From positions 1,472,001 through 1,536,000 of the forward strand of contig CAWGRW010000009.1 of assembly GCA_963825135.1 (NCBI GenBank): 64,000 bases of DNA. The letters run 5' to 3'. Below, piece after piece: positions 28,508 through 39,289 of the stretch (its first letter is position 1; each line of letters starts with the position of its first letter). The DNA is from an uncultured bacterium (GTDB lineage Bacteria; Desulfobacterota_D; UBA1144; Nemesobacterales; UBA2774). The position numbers were made by a program, and so were the translations under genes. The notes beneath the pieces were generated by a model. It was not told the DNA's origin and searched no databases. It worked only from the letters and a program-made list of their open reading frames with translations.

Positions 28508-29749
28508 CTAGATATAAAACCCCATGCTCGCGTAACTCACTACCGACCCCGTATCCGGCTCGAGCGCCTGCCCGTAATCGAGCAGCTTACCCCTCTCCGC
28601 GTCGATCGCCGCGAGCGTCGCGTATATAGGTGAGAGCCCGCAGACCTTCCGCCAGTCCTTCTCCTCCTCGACGGAGCGGTAAAACCCCTCGGCGTCCATC
28701 TTCTCGCCGAAGGAGAGGCTCAGCATGTCTCTTTCTCTTATCTTGCCGAGCGTGAGATCGTTTACGGGTTCTTTGTCCCCGAACTTGAGCCCCACGTGGG
28801 CCATGTCCGCCCCCGCGATTATAAAGACGTTATCGCCCGTATCCCTTACGATCCCCGCGACCGCTTCGAGAAAGACGGATATGTATTCGTCCTCGGCCGG
28901 CGATCTGCCGTCCATGACCAGTCTGTAAAACGAGTTGCAGAGTACGGGCACTATTTTGTATTTCTTTTTTCCGTTCAGCATATGCTGAAGGAACGCGACC
29001 TGGAACTCTATCGAATGCTCGGTACGGTGCGAGATCTCGCCATCATACAAATCCCATCCGCACGCTCCTTCGAGCTTCTCGATTATCTTCCTGTCCGTTT
29101 CAGCTTCCCCGAGGGGCGTCATAAAGTTCTTTCTGGTCAGGATAAACGGGTTTTCCACTTCGGCATAATGAGAGGTGCCGAAGATAATAAATGTATCCGC
29201 TTCGTTTTCCCGAAGCAGTTCCCTGTATGCGAGCGCGTACGATACACCGCCCCTCCCGTAGTCGATATGAGGGGAAATCAGCCCCCGTAACTTTCCGGGG
29301 GTTTCTTCATAGGGCCGGCTCTCTTCCGCCTTGCCGAAAAAGGCCTTAAACCATCTGTCGAGCTCCTTCGGGTCACCGGGGTACGACAGGCCCGCGTGGC
29401 TCGACTCCCTCGTCACCGCTTCCCGGAAACCGGATTCAAGCCGGTGCTTATAGTCCCTGAAATTTTCGCTTTCGAGAAAGAGCGCTTCGTCGAGCTGTTC
29501 TATTAAATCCTCTATTTCGTCCGATAGCACAAGCTCCCCGAACCTCTCCATGCAGAGCGACTGAATATCGCGGACGGTCTTTGTCCCGTCGAAGAGGCTC
29601 AATATCCTGAGAGTATCTATCGGGACTGCGAGGATCTTATCCGACAGGTTCTGCGGGTCCCTCAGGCATATGATCCTCTCCCCTTCGACCTCCGCGGGGA
29701 CGGCCTCGACGTATCTCAGTCTCGGATATTCAAGAGTTTTATCGGTCAT
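28508..29749 (-). CDS. amrB: MEMO1/AmmeMemoRadiSam protein B with N-terminal PqqD/RRE-like domain
   Basis: HAGLSYP, ISPHIDY, GTSH, EHSIEFQ, GADMAHVG, VCG, SVVSYAS; ATG 29749 overlaps the upstream stop (ATGA). Confidence 0.88.
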   Translation of the reverse strand: MTDKTLEYPRLRYVEAVPAEVEGERIICLRDPQNLSDKILAVPIDTLRILSLFDGTKTVRDIQSLCMERFGELVLSDEIEDLIEQLDEALFLESENFRDYKHRLESGFREAVTRESSHAGLSYPGDPKELDRWFKAFFGKAEESRPYEETPGKLRGLISPHIDYGRGGVSYALAYRELLRENEADTFIIFGTSHYAEVENPFILTRKNFMTPLGEAETDRKIIEKLEGACGWDLYDGEISHRTEHSIEFQVAFLQHMLNGKKKYKIVPVLCNSFYRLVMDGRSPAEDEYISVFLEAVAGIVRDTGDNVFIIAGADMAHVGLKFGDKEPVNDLTLGKIRERDMLSLSFGEKMDAEGFYRSVEEEKDWRKVCGLSPIYATLAAIDAERGKLLDYGQALEPDTGSVVSYASMGFYI

Positions 29750-31314
29750 GCGTTTTTTGGTCTCCCCCACCCGCCCCCGCCGGGCGTCCTGATTTCGAGC
29801 ACGTCCCCTTTGCTTACCGCGAACGTTGACTTGGGAGGTATAACGGATGATTTCCCCTTTCTCAAGAGGGTGTTCCTGCCTCTCATTCCCCGCCCTCCGC
29901 CTTTAATGCCGTAAGGCGCCGATTTCCTGCGCTCGGTTATGAGAGAAACGGTCGCGTCCGTGAGGAACCTGTACTTCCTGACGATGCCGTCTCCCCCCCT
30001 GAACCTTCCGCCGCCTCCGCTGTTTTTACGTATGGAATACGCATCTATCATGACGGGGAGCTCCCTCTCGAGCGCCTCAATCGGGGTATTGAGTGTATTG
30101 GTCATATGCGTCTGGACGGCGCTCACGCCGTCCTTCCCGTACCTCCCGCCCATGCCGCCCGCGATGGTTTCGTAGTAGGCGAAGTTCCTGCCGTTCCCGG
30201 GGTTCACCCCCCCGAACGTCGTATTGCTCATGGTGCCCGCGCTCGCCGCCTGGATCTTTTCGGGGACGGCTTTTGAAAGCGCTCCGAACACAATATCGAC
30301 GACGCGCTGCGAGGTCTCTACGTTTCCCCCGACTACCGCCGCCGGGAATTCGGCATTTAATATGGAGCCCTTTTCAGCTTTGATATCTATTACCCTCAGC
30401 GGCCCCGAGTTAAGCGGCATGCCTTCCGGGGCAATGCACTGAAATGCATATACAGTAGCTGCTGTCGTCACGCTGAAGGGTGCGTTCAAACAGCCCTTCA
30501 CCTTCTCGGACGACCCTCTGAAATCCACGACCGCTTTTTCTCCTTTAATGCTTACGGAAACCCTTAGAGGTATATTCCTGGTCCCCGCCCCGTCGTCGTC
30601 GAGGACGTCTTCGAACGTATAAACCCCGTCGGGAATATTGTCGATAACATTCCTCATCATTTTTTCGCTGTACCCGAGGAGCCCCTCAGCCGCTTCTTTT
30701 ATCTTTTTTAGCGAGTACTTCGCGGTGACTTCCTTTAACCTTCTTATCCCGAGTTCGAGCGAGCCTGACTGCGCCCTCAGGTCTCCTTCCCTTTCTTCCG
30801 GGTCGCGCGAAGCGGACAGGATGCCTTCAAAGAGAGACCGGTTCAGCTTCCCTTTCTTATATAGTCTCGACGGGGGGATCAAAATCCCTTCTTCGTGTAT
30901 CGATGTGGACAGCGGCATCGAGCCCGGCGTGAGGCCCCCCATGTCCGCGTGGTGGGCGCGTGAGGCGACGAAGAATTCAAGCGTGCCGTTTACCATTACC
31001 GGCGCTATGCATGTGACGTCGGGCAGGTGTGTCCCGCCCCTGAATGGGTCGTTAAGTATGAAGACGTCTCCCTCCGCTATCCCCGGCTCTCCGATAATCG
31101 CTTTCACCGCGAAGCTCATCGAGCCCAGGTGTACGGGGATGTGCGCCGCCTGCGCGATCATTTCCCCCGTGGCTTTGAATATCGCGCAGGACAGGTCTCT
31201 CCGCTCCTTTATATTGGGCGAGAACCCGGCGCGTATGAGGACGACCCCCATTTCCTCGGCGATCGAGCTGAGCGCGTTCTGAAATATTTCGAGTTCGAAT
31301 GGGCTAAGGGGCAT
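29746..31314 (-). CDS. Hydantoinase B / 5-oxoprolinase beta subunit
   Basis: IAEEMG...SPNIKERRDLSCA, HIPVHLGSM, NDPFRGGTHLPD, AHHADMGG, MTNTLNTPIE, TPGGGGWG. Confidence 0.95.
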   Translation of the reverse strand: MPLSPFELEIFQNALSSIAEEMGVVLIRAGFSPNIKERRDLSCAIFKATGEMIAQAAHIPVHLGSMSFAVKAIIGEPGIAEGDVFILNDPFRGGTHLPDVTCIAPVMVNGTLEFFVASRAHHADMGGLTPGSMPLSTSIHEEGILIPPSRLYKKGKLNRSLFEGILSASRDPEEREGDLRAQSGSLELGIRRLKEVTAKYSLKKIKEAAEGLLGYSEKMMRNVIDNIPDGVYTFEDVLDDDGAGTRNIPLRVSVSIKGEKAVVDFRGSSEKVKGCLNAPFSVTTAATVYAFQCIAPEGMPLNSGPLRVIDIKAEKGSILNAEFPAAVVGGNVETSQRVVDIVFGALSKAVPEKIQAASAGTMSNTTFGGVNPGNGRNFAYYETIAGGMGGRYGKDGVSAVQTHMTNTLNTPIEALERELPVMIDAYSIRKNSGGGGRFRGGDGIVRKYRFLTDATVSLITERRKSAPYGIKGGGRGMRGRNTLLRKGKSSVIPPKSTFAVSKGDVLEIRTPGGGGWGRPKNA

Positions 31315-31377
31315 CGGATTAGCTCTCCGCTGCTTTTCCCGGCAGCGGTTGCGGGTCTGTGGCCGAAGAGCCGATTG

Positions 31378-31839
31378 TTATTCCGGCTGGGGCGCGGAAG
31401 GCGTCATGGTTTCCAGGTTCGAGTATCTGCATAGCTCGGAGGCGTAGTACCTTACCCGGGTGCTTTCCCCGAGATCTGCCTTCGGGCTTCCCGGAATGAT
31501 GTGACTGCCGTTCTTGCATTCCTGCGCGACCTTTAGAAACGGCACCGGCGCAAGGTCGCCCGGTCCGTATTTGCCCTTTATGTTCTTTTCTACTTTCACG
31601 GTAGCGTTACATTTCGACACCGTCTCGGGAATAAAATCCGCTGCGCCTTCGTCGGACGCTCTGCATTCTCCCGAATCGTAAGGCTTCCCGCATTCGATTT
31701 TCACGACCGTCCCCTCGACTGCGTAATCGGAGCTATTGAGGAGATCCTCCCGGGAGCAAGGGGGCGGGATAGCGCGGACGCTTACCGCTCCGATAGCGAA
31801 TAAAGTAAAAATGAGTGGTATTATTAACTTGTTTTTCAC
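31378..31839 (-). CDS. Small secreted Cys-containing protein, TIMP/NTR-like pattern
   Basis: Signal peptide ending VRA; six Cys; SDYAVEGTVVKI...VKVEKNIKG. Confidence 0.65.
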   Translation of the reverse strand: MKNKLIIPLIFTLFAIGAVSVRAIPPPCSREDLLNSSDYAVEGTVVKIECGKPYDSGECRASDEGAADFIPETVSKCNATVKVEKNIKGKYGPGDLAPVPFLKVAQECKNGSHIIPGSPKADLGESTRVRYYASELCRYSNLETMTPSAPQPE

Positions 31840-31930
31840 CCTGATTATACTAATGTATTGTGCTTTTATTCGTTGTCAAACGAAATCTTCAAAGCGGAGA
31901 AATTTGGCATGCAAGGGGACGATAAATAGA

Positions 31931-32881
31931 ATGAAAATTCTGGTTACGGGGGCCGCCGGGTTTATAGGGTCTCACCTTGCCGAGAGGCTTGTTAAAGAAG
32001 GCCATACGGTCGTGGGAGTAGACTCGTTTCTCGACTACTACCCCCGAAAGATTAAAGAGCGCAACGTCGAGGGCCTGGTCGTTAAAAAGGGGTTCGAGTT
32101 CATCGAAGGAGACATACTCTGCCTTGATCTCGATAAGCTCTTAAGCGGCATAGACGCGGTGTTCCATCAGGCTGCGATCGCGGGAGTGAGGTCGAGCTGG
32201 GGCGCCGGGTTCGACGAATACGTCAGGAACAACATACTCGGGACGCAGCTCCTGCTGGAGGCCTGCAGGGACGGTCGTATCAAAAAGTTCGTGTACGCAT
32301 CCTCCTCGTCCGTTTACGGCGATTGCGACGAGCTCCCGATAAAGGAGACCTCCCCCGTGAGGCCGGTCTCGCCTTACGGTGTTACTAAGCTCTCAGGCGA
32401 GCAGCTCGCTTATCTCTACTACAAGGGCTACGGAGTCCCGGTCGTGTCTCTCAGATACTTCACCGTCTACGGTCCGAGGCAGCGCCCGGACATGGCCTTC
32501 CACAAGTTTCTGAAGGCGGTAATCACGGGAGGGGAGATAGAGGTCTACGGCACGGGGGAGCAGACGAGGGATTTCACCTTCATCGGGGACGCTGTCAGTG
32601 CCAACCTCGCTGCGTTCTCAAACGGCGTGAACGGGGAGGCATACAACGTAGGCGGCGGAAGCAGGATAAAGCTCATCGAATGCATAAGGGTTATCGAGGA
32701 GATATGCGGAAAGAAGGCCAATCTCAACTTTACAGACCCCCAGAGGGGCGACGCGGCCCACACCTACGCCGATGTATCGAAGGCAAAAAAGGATTTCGGG
32801 TATTCCCCGTCGGTCGGTATAAGGGAAGGGCTGACTGAACACTACGACTGGCTGAAGAAGAATTTAGGGCTTTACCTCTGA
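31931..32881 (+). CDS. NAD-dependent nucleotide-sugar epimerase (UDP-glucuronate/UDP-glucose 4-epimerase-like)
   Basis: MKILVTGAAGFIGS, ASSSSVYG, SPYGVTK (YxxxK), RYFTVYGPRQRPDMA. Confidence 0.95.
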   Translation: MKILVTGAAGFIGSHLAERLVKEGHTVVGVDSFLDYYPRKIKERNVEGLVVKKGFEFIEGDILCLDLDKLLSGIDAVFHQAAIAGVRSSWGAGFDEYVRNNILGTQLLLEACRDGRIKKFVYASSSSVYGDCDELPIKETSPVRPVSPYGVTKLSGEQLAYLYYKGYGVPVVSLRYFTVYGPRQRPDMAFHKFLKAVITGGEIEVYGTGEQTRDFTFIGDAVSANLAAFSNGVNGEAYNVGGGSRIKLIECIRVIEEICGKKANLNFTDPQRGDAAHTYADVSKAKKDFGYSPSVGIREGLTEHYDWLKKNLGLYL

Positions 32882-32882
32882 G

Positions 32883-33752
32883 TTAGCTTATCGCCTCTTT
32901 CAGGGTCTCCCCCATCTCTGCAGGGCTCGGGCATACCCGCACCCCCGCTCTTTCTAGCGCCGCTACCTTGTCCTTGGCGCTTCCCGAGCTTCCCGATATG
33001 ATCGCCCCCGCGTGTCCCATCCTTTTCCCTTTGGGGGCGGTCGCTCCGGCTATAAACGCAACTACGGGTTTTGACATATGGCTCTTGATGAATTCGGCAG
33101 CTTCCTCTTCCGCGCTTCCGCCGATCTCGCCTATCATCACTACAGCGTCCGTATCCTTGTCCTTTTCAAATAGCTTCAATATGTCGATGAACGTCGAGCC
33201 GATTATAGGGTCTCCGCCAATCCCGACGCTTGTGGACTGCCCTATGCCGAGGTTGGACAGCTGCCATACGGCCTCATAAGTGAGCGTGCCGCTGCGGGAG
33301 ATAATGCCTATTCTTCCGGGCGTGTGTATGTATCCGGGCATAATGCCTACCTTCGCTTCGCCGGGCGTCATCACTCCGGGGCAGTTGGGCCCCACGAGAC
33401 GCGCCTTCTTGCCCTTCAGGTACTCCTTTACCTTAATCATGTCCTGCGTCGGGACGCCTTCGGTGATACATATTACGAGCTCGATCCCGGCGTCTATAGC
33501 CTCCACCATCGAATCCATCGCGAACGGGGCGGGTACGAATATAAGAGACGCGTTAGCCCCGGTCTTTTTGACTGCGGCCGCCACTGTGTCGAATACGGGG
33601 AACCCCTCGACCTCTGTCCCGCCTTTCCCCGGCGTGACTCCGCCCACGACCTTCGTGCCGTATTCGCGGCACTGTGTGGCGTGGAACAGGCCCGCGCTCC
33701 CGGTAATCCCCTGAACTATTACTTTTGTATTTTTATTGACCAGGATACTCAT
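32883..33752 (-). CDS. sucD: Succinate--CoA ligase alpha subunit
   Basis: [44 protein letters not shown]. Confidence 0.98.
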   Translation of the reverse strand: MSILVNKNTKVIVQGITGSAGLFHATQCREYGTKVVGGVTPGKGGTEVEGFPVFDTVAAAVKKTGANASLIFVPAPFAMDSMVEAIDAGIELVICITEGVPTQDMIKVKEYLKGKKARLVGPNCPGVMTPGEAKVGIMPGYIHTPGRIGIISRSGTLTYEAVWQLSNLGIGQSTSVGIGGDPIIGSTFIDILKLFEKDKDTDAVVMIGEIGGSAEEEAAEFIKSHMSKPVVAFIAGATAPKGKRMGHAGAIISGSSGSAKDKVAALERAGVRVCPSPAEMGETLKEAIS

Positions 33753-33806
33753 GTTTACTTACTCCTTTAGGCGATTCCTTATTCAAAGCCGTGACGGCGG
33801 AGAGGA

Positions 33807-33835
33807 ATCATAACACAGTGTTTTGCCGCTTGCAA
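33807..33835 (-). promoter_or_regulatory. Putative sigma70 promoter of stand-alone sucD
   Basis: Minus strand TTGCAA-N17-TATGAT with TG extension. Confidence 0.6.
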
Positions 33836-33950
33836 ACCCCGGAACCCGCCGCTCGATCCGGGCCTTATCAACCGTATTATCGGGAGTTTTTTCGCCCCAC
33901 GCCGCAGACTATACGGTCTCTACGCATATTTTTGCGGTCGTCCGGACAGG

Positions 33951-34820
33951 TTATTCTATATTCTGGAGCTGCTCCCTTATTTTCTCAAGCTCCGACCTGA
34001 GCTCTATGGTAAAATGGGAGATTTCGGCGTCCTTGGCCTTCGCCGCTACGGTGCCTGCCTCGCGGTTCATCTCCTGGAGCAGGAAATCTAGCTCCTTTCC
34101 TATCGACCCCTTGTCCTTGATGGTTTCCCTGAATTTGCCGATGTGAGCCTTTAATCTGACCAGCTCTTCCGTAATGTCGCTTCTTTCCGTGAGGAATGCC
34201 GCTTCCTGATAGAGCCTCGCTTCGTCTATCTGGTTGTCTTCGAGGATTTTCGATATCCTCTCCTTGAGCTTCACCGAGGCGGTCTCCATGAAGTCCTTTC
34301 TTTTTGTTGTTATCGTGCGTGTGAGGCCCTCGATCTTGTCGAGTCTCTCCCTGAAATCCTTCTCGAGCTTCTTCCCCTCGGCCTTTCTTGTTTCGTCGAG
34401 CTTTTGAATCGCCTTTGAGAGGACTTTCTCGATCTCGAGGATATCGCCTGCGGTGAAATGATCGTCTGCTTTGGTCGTAAATATGTCCTTGACCGTAAGG
34501 AAATGCTCGAGCCGCAATTCTTCTTTTATTCCGAACTCCTTCTTCAGGGATTCGATGCTCTTCTTAAATTGCTTCGCAAGATCCAGGTTGAGGACCGGAG
34601 GCGTCGCCTTCGTCCCCTCGAGCGTAACCGTAATTCTCAGCTTGCCCCTCAGAATATGTTTCTTTACGCATTCCGCGAGCTCCGGTTCGATCGAGGAAAC
34701 GGATTCAGGGAGCATCAGCTTTATGTCGAGGAACCTGTGGTTCTCGGACCTCGCTTCAACCACGACCCTTCCGTATCTCGTTTCGCCTTCGCTCTTTCCG
34801 AACCCTGTCATGCTTTTCAT
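33951..34820 (-). CDS. yicC: YicC/YloC family endoribonuclease
   Basis: MKSMTGFG, SENHRFLD, DITEELVRLKAH, GKELDFLLQEMNRE, EKIREQLQNIE; ATGA overlap with the upstream gene. Confidence 0.95.
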   Translation of the reverse strand: MKSMTGFGKSEGETRYGRVVVEARSENHRFLDIKLMLPESVSSIEPELAECVKKHILRGKLRITVTLEGTKATPPVLNLDLAKQFKKSIESLKKEFGIKEELRLEHFLTVKDIFTTKADDHFTAGDILEIEKVLSKAIQKLDETRKAEGKKLEKDFRERLDKIEGLTRTITTKRKDFMETASVKLKERISKILEDNQIDEARLYQEAAFLTERSDITEELVRLKAHIGKFRETIKDKGSIGKELDFLLQEMNREAGTVAAKAKDAEISHFTIELRSELEKIREQLQNIE

Positions 34821-35353
34821 CTCTTCGTCACCTCTTTCAATTGACCCGTGTAATCGTGCCTGAGCTTCCCGAACAACTCTCTCATCAGGGCGCTCCCGTA
34901 ATCCGGATAGGTCCATTCGAGCGTTCTGAATTCATCTCTCACATAAATAAGCGTCAGGTCGGCATAAACTCCTCTTCCGAGATAGGGGCGGTGGGAATAA
35001 CCTTTTCCCGTGGCCAGGATTACGTGCTCTTGCGCGATGTATCCGGGATCGATGTTTATAGTCCTCTTATGTTCATATGAAAATACCTTTTCCATGTTAT
35101 TTGTAAATATTTTTATTTCTACGATATCTTCCCTCTTTACGAGATCCCTGAAAGTGATGACGGCCCTCCTGAGCGCGGGCCCCATTTCCTCTTCGTAGTA
35201 TCTGGTGCCGTCGAAAGGCATCTCGCCGCTCCTGAACTCGATCTCGCCGACCCCCTCCCCGAGTTTCCCGATGCACTCCTCTATCCGGGAGGACGGTCTG
35301 TATATCAGTCCCGCAAAGAGCTTGACGGGCTTGGGGTCCTGAAGGAGGCTCAT
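34817..35353 (-). CDS. DUF4416 family protein
   Basis: TRYYEEEMG, RTINIDPGY, LATGKGYSHRPYLGRGVYADLTL, WTYPDY. Confidence 0.88.
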   Translation of the reverse strand: MSLLQDPKPVKLFAGLIYRPSSRIEECIGKLGEGVGEIEFRSGEMPFDGTRYYEEEMGPALRRAVITFRDLVKREDIVEIKIFTNNMEKVFSYEHKRTINIDPGYIAQEHVILATGKGYSHRPYLGRGVYADLTLIYVRDEFRTLEWTYPDYGSALMRELFGKLRHDYTGQLKEVTKR

Positions 35354-35461
35354 GTATTCTCTATCGCCCGGGGCAAAATTGAATTTTTCGCTGAATCAAT
35401 CATTATTTGAGTCTAACGAACTCTATTTCCAGCACCAATTTTACTACATAACCGACCGTTA

Positions 35462-36742
35462 ATGAAAATTAGAGAACCGGTGATCCTGCTTACTTTACTC
35501 TTCATAGCCTCGATTTCGTTAAGCCTCGGAGTCCCGAGGAATTTCGGCAGCGAAATCGGATTTGTGAACGATTACGGTGACAAACTTGTCTATGCCGCCA
35601 GGGGTTCCTGGTACCCGTACTCGAATAATCCATATACGGATATCCCGAGCGAATATCCCCAGGCCGCTACCTATTTCTTCGCCGTGCCTTATATGGTATT
35701 GGGCTCTCCGGGTTCTTTCGACACGCACCTGATCGCGCAGATCGAGCGCTTTGTTAACAGCAATCCTCAGACTAATCCCAACCTGCCGTCTTCTCCGCAT
35801 CTCAGGAACAGGCTCTTCATGCGCTATTCGCTCGTCTTTTCGCTGCTCATGGTCCCGTTCCTATTCTTTTCGATACTGATCGTTTACAACCTGAGGCCCG
35901 AAAGGAAGTACCTCGCATACCTCATGCTCCTTCCGGCCGGGCTATTCTTTACCCACAACAGGTTCGATATAATTCCCGCTTTCCTCGGACTTCTGGCCGT
36001 TTTCCTGCTTTCAAAAAACAGATTCAAGCTGTCGGCGTTCGTAATAGCGTTCGGGTTTCTTACGAAGTGGTACCTCGCGCTCCTGCTTCCCGTATTTCTC
36101 GCCTACTATTACACTCAGAGGAGAAAAATCAACTGGCCGATGGTCCTCGTCTTCGCGGTAACCTGCCTGGCTGTCCTCGTTCCTACTTTCCTGGCAGGCG
36201 GCCTGAACGGGCTCTTCGCTCCTTATATCGCCCAGCTCTCCCGCGACCTTGACCAGCCGTCCTTGTTTTTCCTCGTGTCCATGCTTCTCGACCGGGGCTT
36301 CGGTCTAGATATCGACAATTTCTATCTCGCGGCCGCGTCGCTCGCACTTCAGTTCTCGGTGATACCGCTCTGCGTGACGAGCAGGGTCGATTCCCTGGAC
36401 AAGGTGATCAGGTGGTCATCGTTATCCATTCTGGTGTTCATCATATTCGCCCGGATAAATTCTCCGCAGTGGATTTTGTGGGTCAGTCCCATGCTTATCT
36501 TGATTGCGGGCAGGGGGATGTTCATAGCGGGCATTGTCCTCCTCGACCTGCTGTCCTACATCCAGTTCCCCGTGCTCTTTTATCTCCGCTCTTACAGCGA
36601 GTCGTATTACAATCTCTTCCTCCTGGCGTTTTCAGTCAAGCTCGCATTACTTATCTTGTTCGCCGTTTATCTATTCGGGGGCCTGATAGGGGATAATCCG
36701 GTTTTCGCCCGCCTGCGGGGCCGGAAGGCGGATCAGTCCTGA
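35462..36742 (+). CDS. GT-C superfamily membrane glycosyltransferase (GT87/DUF2029-like)
   Basis: Polytopic membrane protein with SEYP, RFDIIP, TKWY and SPQWILW motifs. Confidence 0.75.
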   Translation: MKIREPVILLTLLFIASISLSLGVPRNFGSEIGFVNDYGDKLVYAARGSWYPYSNNPYTDIPSEYPQAATYFFAVPYMVLGSPGSFDTHLIAQIERFVNSNPQTNPNLPSSPHLRNRLFMRYSLVFSLLMVPFLFFSILIVYNLRPERKYLAYLMLLPAGLFFTHNRFDIIPAFLGLLAVFLLSKNRFKLSAFVIAFGFLTKWYLALLLPVFLAYYYTQRRKINWPMVLVFAVTCLAVLVPTFLAGGLNGLFAPYIAQLSRDLDQPSLFFLVSMLLDRGFGLDIDNFYLAAASLALQFSVIPLCVTSRVDSLDKVIRWSSLSILVFIIFARINSPQWILWVSPMLILIAGRGMFIAGIVLLDLLSYIQFPVLFYLRSYSESYYNLFLLAFSVKLALLILFAVYLFGGLIGDNPVFARLRGRKADQS

Positions 36743-36842
36743 ACAGGGGGTTATATATTGTCGATGTGTGAAATTTCTTGATATATCGTCTCCGACAACT
36801 TATTCTAATTGCTTGACGCAGCGGGGTATTTTTGAGAAACGT

Positions 36843-37328
36843 TTGAGAAAATCATTTTATGCGGTAATTGCCGCCTTGATGCTGTCCGCGGTATTTTCCT
36901 GCGTTAAGAAGCCTGAGCCGGAAATCCCCGAGAGGAAGACTCTCGACCCTTCACCGACGAAAGTGGTCGATGAATTGCTCAATGCCTGGCAGCATGAGGA
37001 TTTCAAAAAGGCCTTCAAATATGTCTATGCGCCCTATTCGGACGTGGACGGCTACGTGATTCAGATGAAGAACTATTTCAAGGATAATCAGATAACCATT
37101 CTCGATTATCATATACTGGGGACGCAAATATACGACAGGACGGCTATCGTCGTCGTGGAGCTGAGACAAAAACTTAAATCCTCCAAGACGGGCACCGTCA
37201 TCGAGCTCAATCAGAAGAGCCAGTACGACCTGGGGATCTTCGAGGACAAATGGAAAGTGACTGCGGGAATCTGTATCGAGAACTGTATCGAGAAAGAGCA
37301 GCAATTAAAGGTGAACGACAGCAAATGA
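36843..37328 (+). CDS. Lipoprotein, NTF2-like fold likely
   Basis: Lipobox VFSC; SPTKVVDELLNAW...AFKYV...KWKV pattern; start uncertain (TTG 36843 chosen). Confidence 0.65.
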   Translation: MRKSFYAVIAALMLSAVFSCVKKPEPEIPERKTLDPSPTKVVDELLNAWQHEDFKKAFKYVYAPYSDVDGYVIQMKNYFKDNQITILDYHILGTQIYDRTAIVVVELRQKLKSSKTGTVIELNQKSQYDLGIFEDKWKVTAGICIENCIEKEQQLKVNDSK

Positions 37329-38125
37329 TAAGGGTATCGGTAATGGGTTCAGCGGGGAGGATGGGGCAGAGGATAATTTATTACCTCTCCAGGGACGAGG
37401 GGATCAGGATAGTCGGAGCCAAGGAAGCCGATAGACACCCCTCGCTCGGCATAGACGCGGGGATACTCGCCGGGGTGGGAGAGATAGGCGTCCCTATAAC
37501 GAGCGATATGGCCGGATCCTCGCACGGTGCGGATGTCATCGTCGATTTTTCTTCCCCTAAATCGACGCTGCTTAACGCCTCGTACGCTTCGGCCGAAGGC
37601 AAATCCATGGTGATCGGGACTACGGGCTTTACGGAAGGAGAGGAGAAAGAGCTCTCGGAGATTTGCATGGGGTTACCCTGCGTGGTCTCGGCGAATATGA
37701 GCATCGGCGTAAATGTCATGATAGAGGCGACAAAGATCCTGGCGCGTACCCTTGGGGACGAATACGACGTCGAGATCTTCGAGGCCCACCATAAGCATAA
37801 AGTCGACTCCCCGAGCGGCACGGCGTTAATGATCGGGCAGGCGGCCTCGGAGGGTCTGGGCCGGGATTTCCGGGAAGTCGCCAGATTCGAAAGGCACGGG
37901 AGGGTGGGTGAGCGGAAACAGCATGAGATAGGCATACAGTCGCTCCGGGGCGGGGACGTGGTGGGGGAGCATACCGTCATGTTCCTGGGCGAGGGGGAGA
38001 GGATCGAGCTTACACACAGGGCGTTCAGCAGGGACAATTTCGCCAAGGGAGTCTTGCGCGCTGTAAACTGGGTCCATGGCAAGCCGCCCGGAATCTATTC
38101 CATGAAGGACGTTCTGGCCCTTTGA
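37325..38125 (+). CDS. dapB: 4-hydroxy-tetrahydrodipicolinate reductase
   Basis: GSAGRMG, VIGTTG, ANMSIGVN, EAHHKHKVDSPSGTAL, RGGDVVGEH. Confidence 0.97.
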   Translation: MIRVSVMGSAGRMGQRIIYYLSRDEGIRIVGAKEADRHPSLGIDAGILAGVGEIGVPITSDMAGSSHGADVIVDFSSPKSTLLNASYASAEGKSMVIGTTGFTEGEEKELSEICMGLPCVVSANMSIGVNVMIEATKILARTLGDEYDVEIFEAHHKHKVDSPSGTALMIGQAASEGLGRDFREVARFERHGRVGERKQHEIGIQSLRGGDVVGEHTVMFLGEGERIELTHRAFSRDNFAKGVLRAVNWVHGKPPGIYSMKDVLAL

Positions 38126-38131
38126 TCGTAG

Positions 38132-39288
<1,157 letters not shown>

Positions 39289-39289
<1 letters not shown>

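Noticed and set aside
31736..31930. N-terminal extension of the epimerase ORF (also the ORF-track extensions of yicC, dapB, nuoG and amrB)
   Set aside because: Most overlap neighbouring genes, and family-typical starts lie downstream (31931, 34820, 37325, 56863, 29749), three of them as ATGA overlaps.
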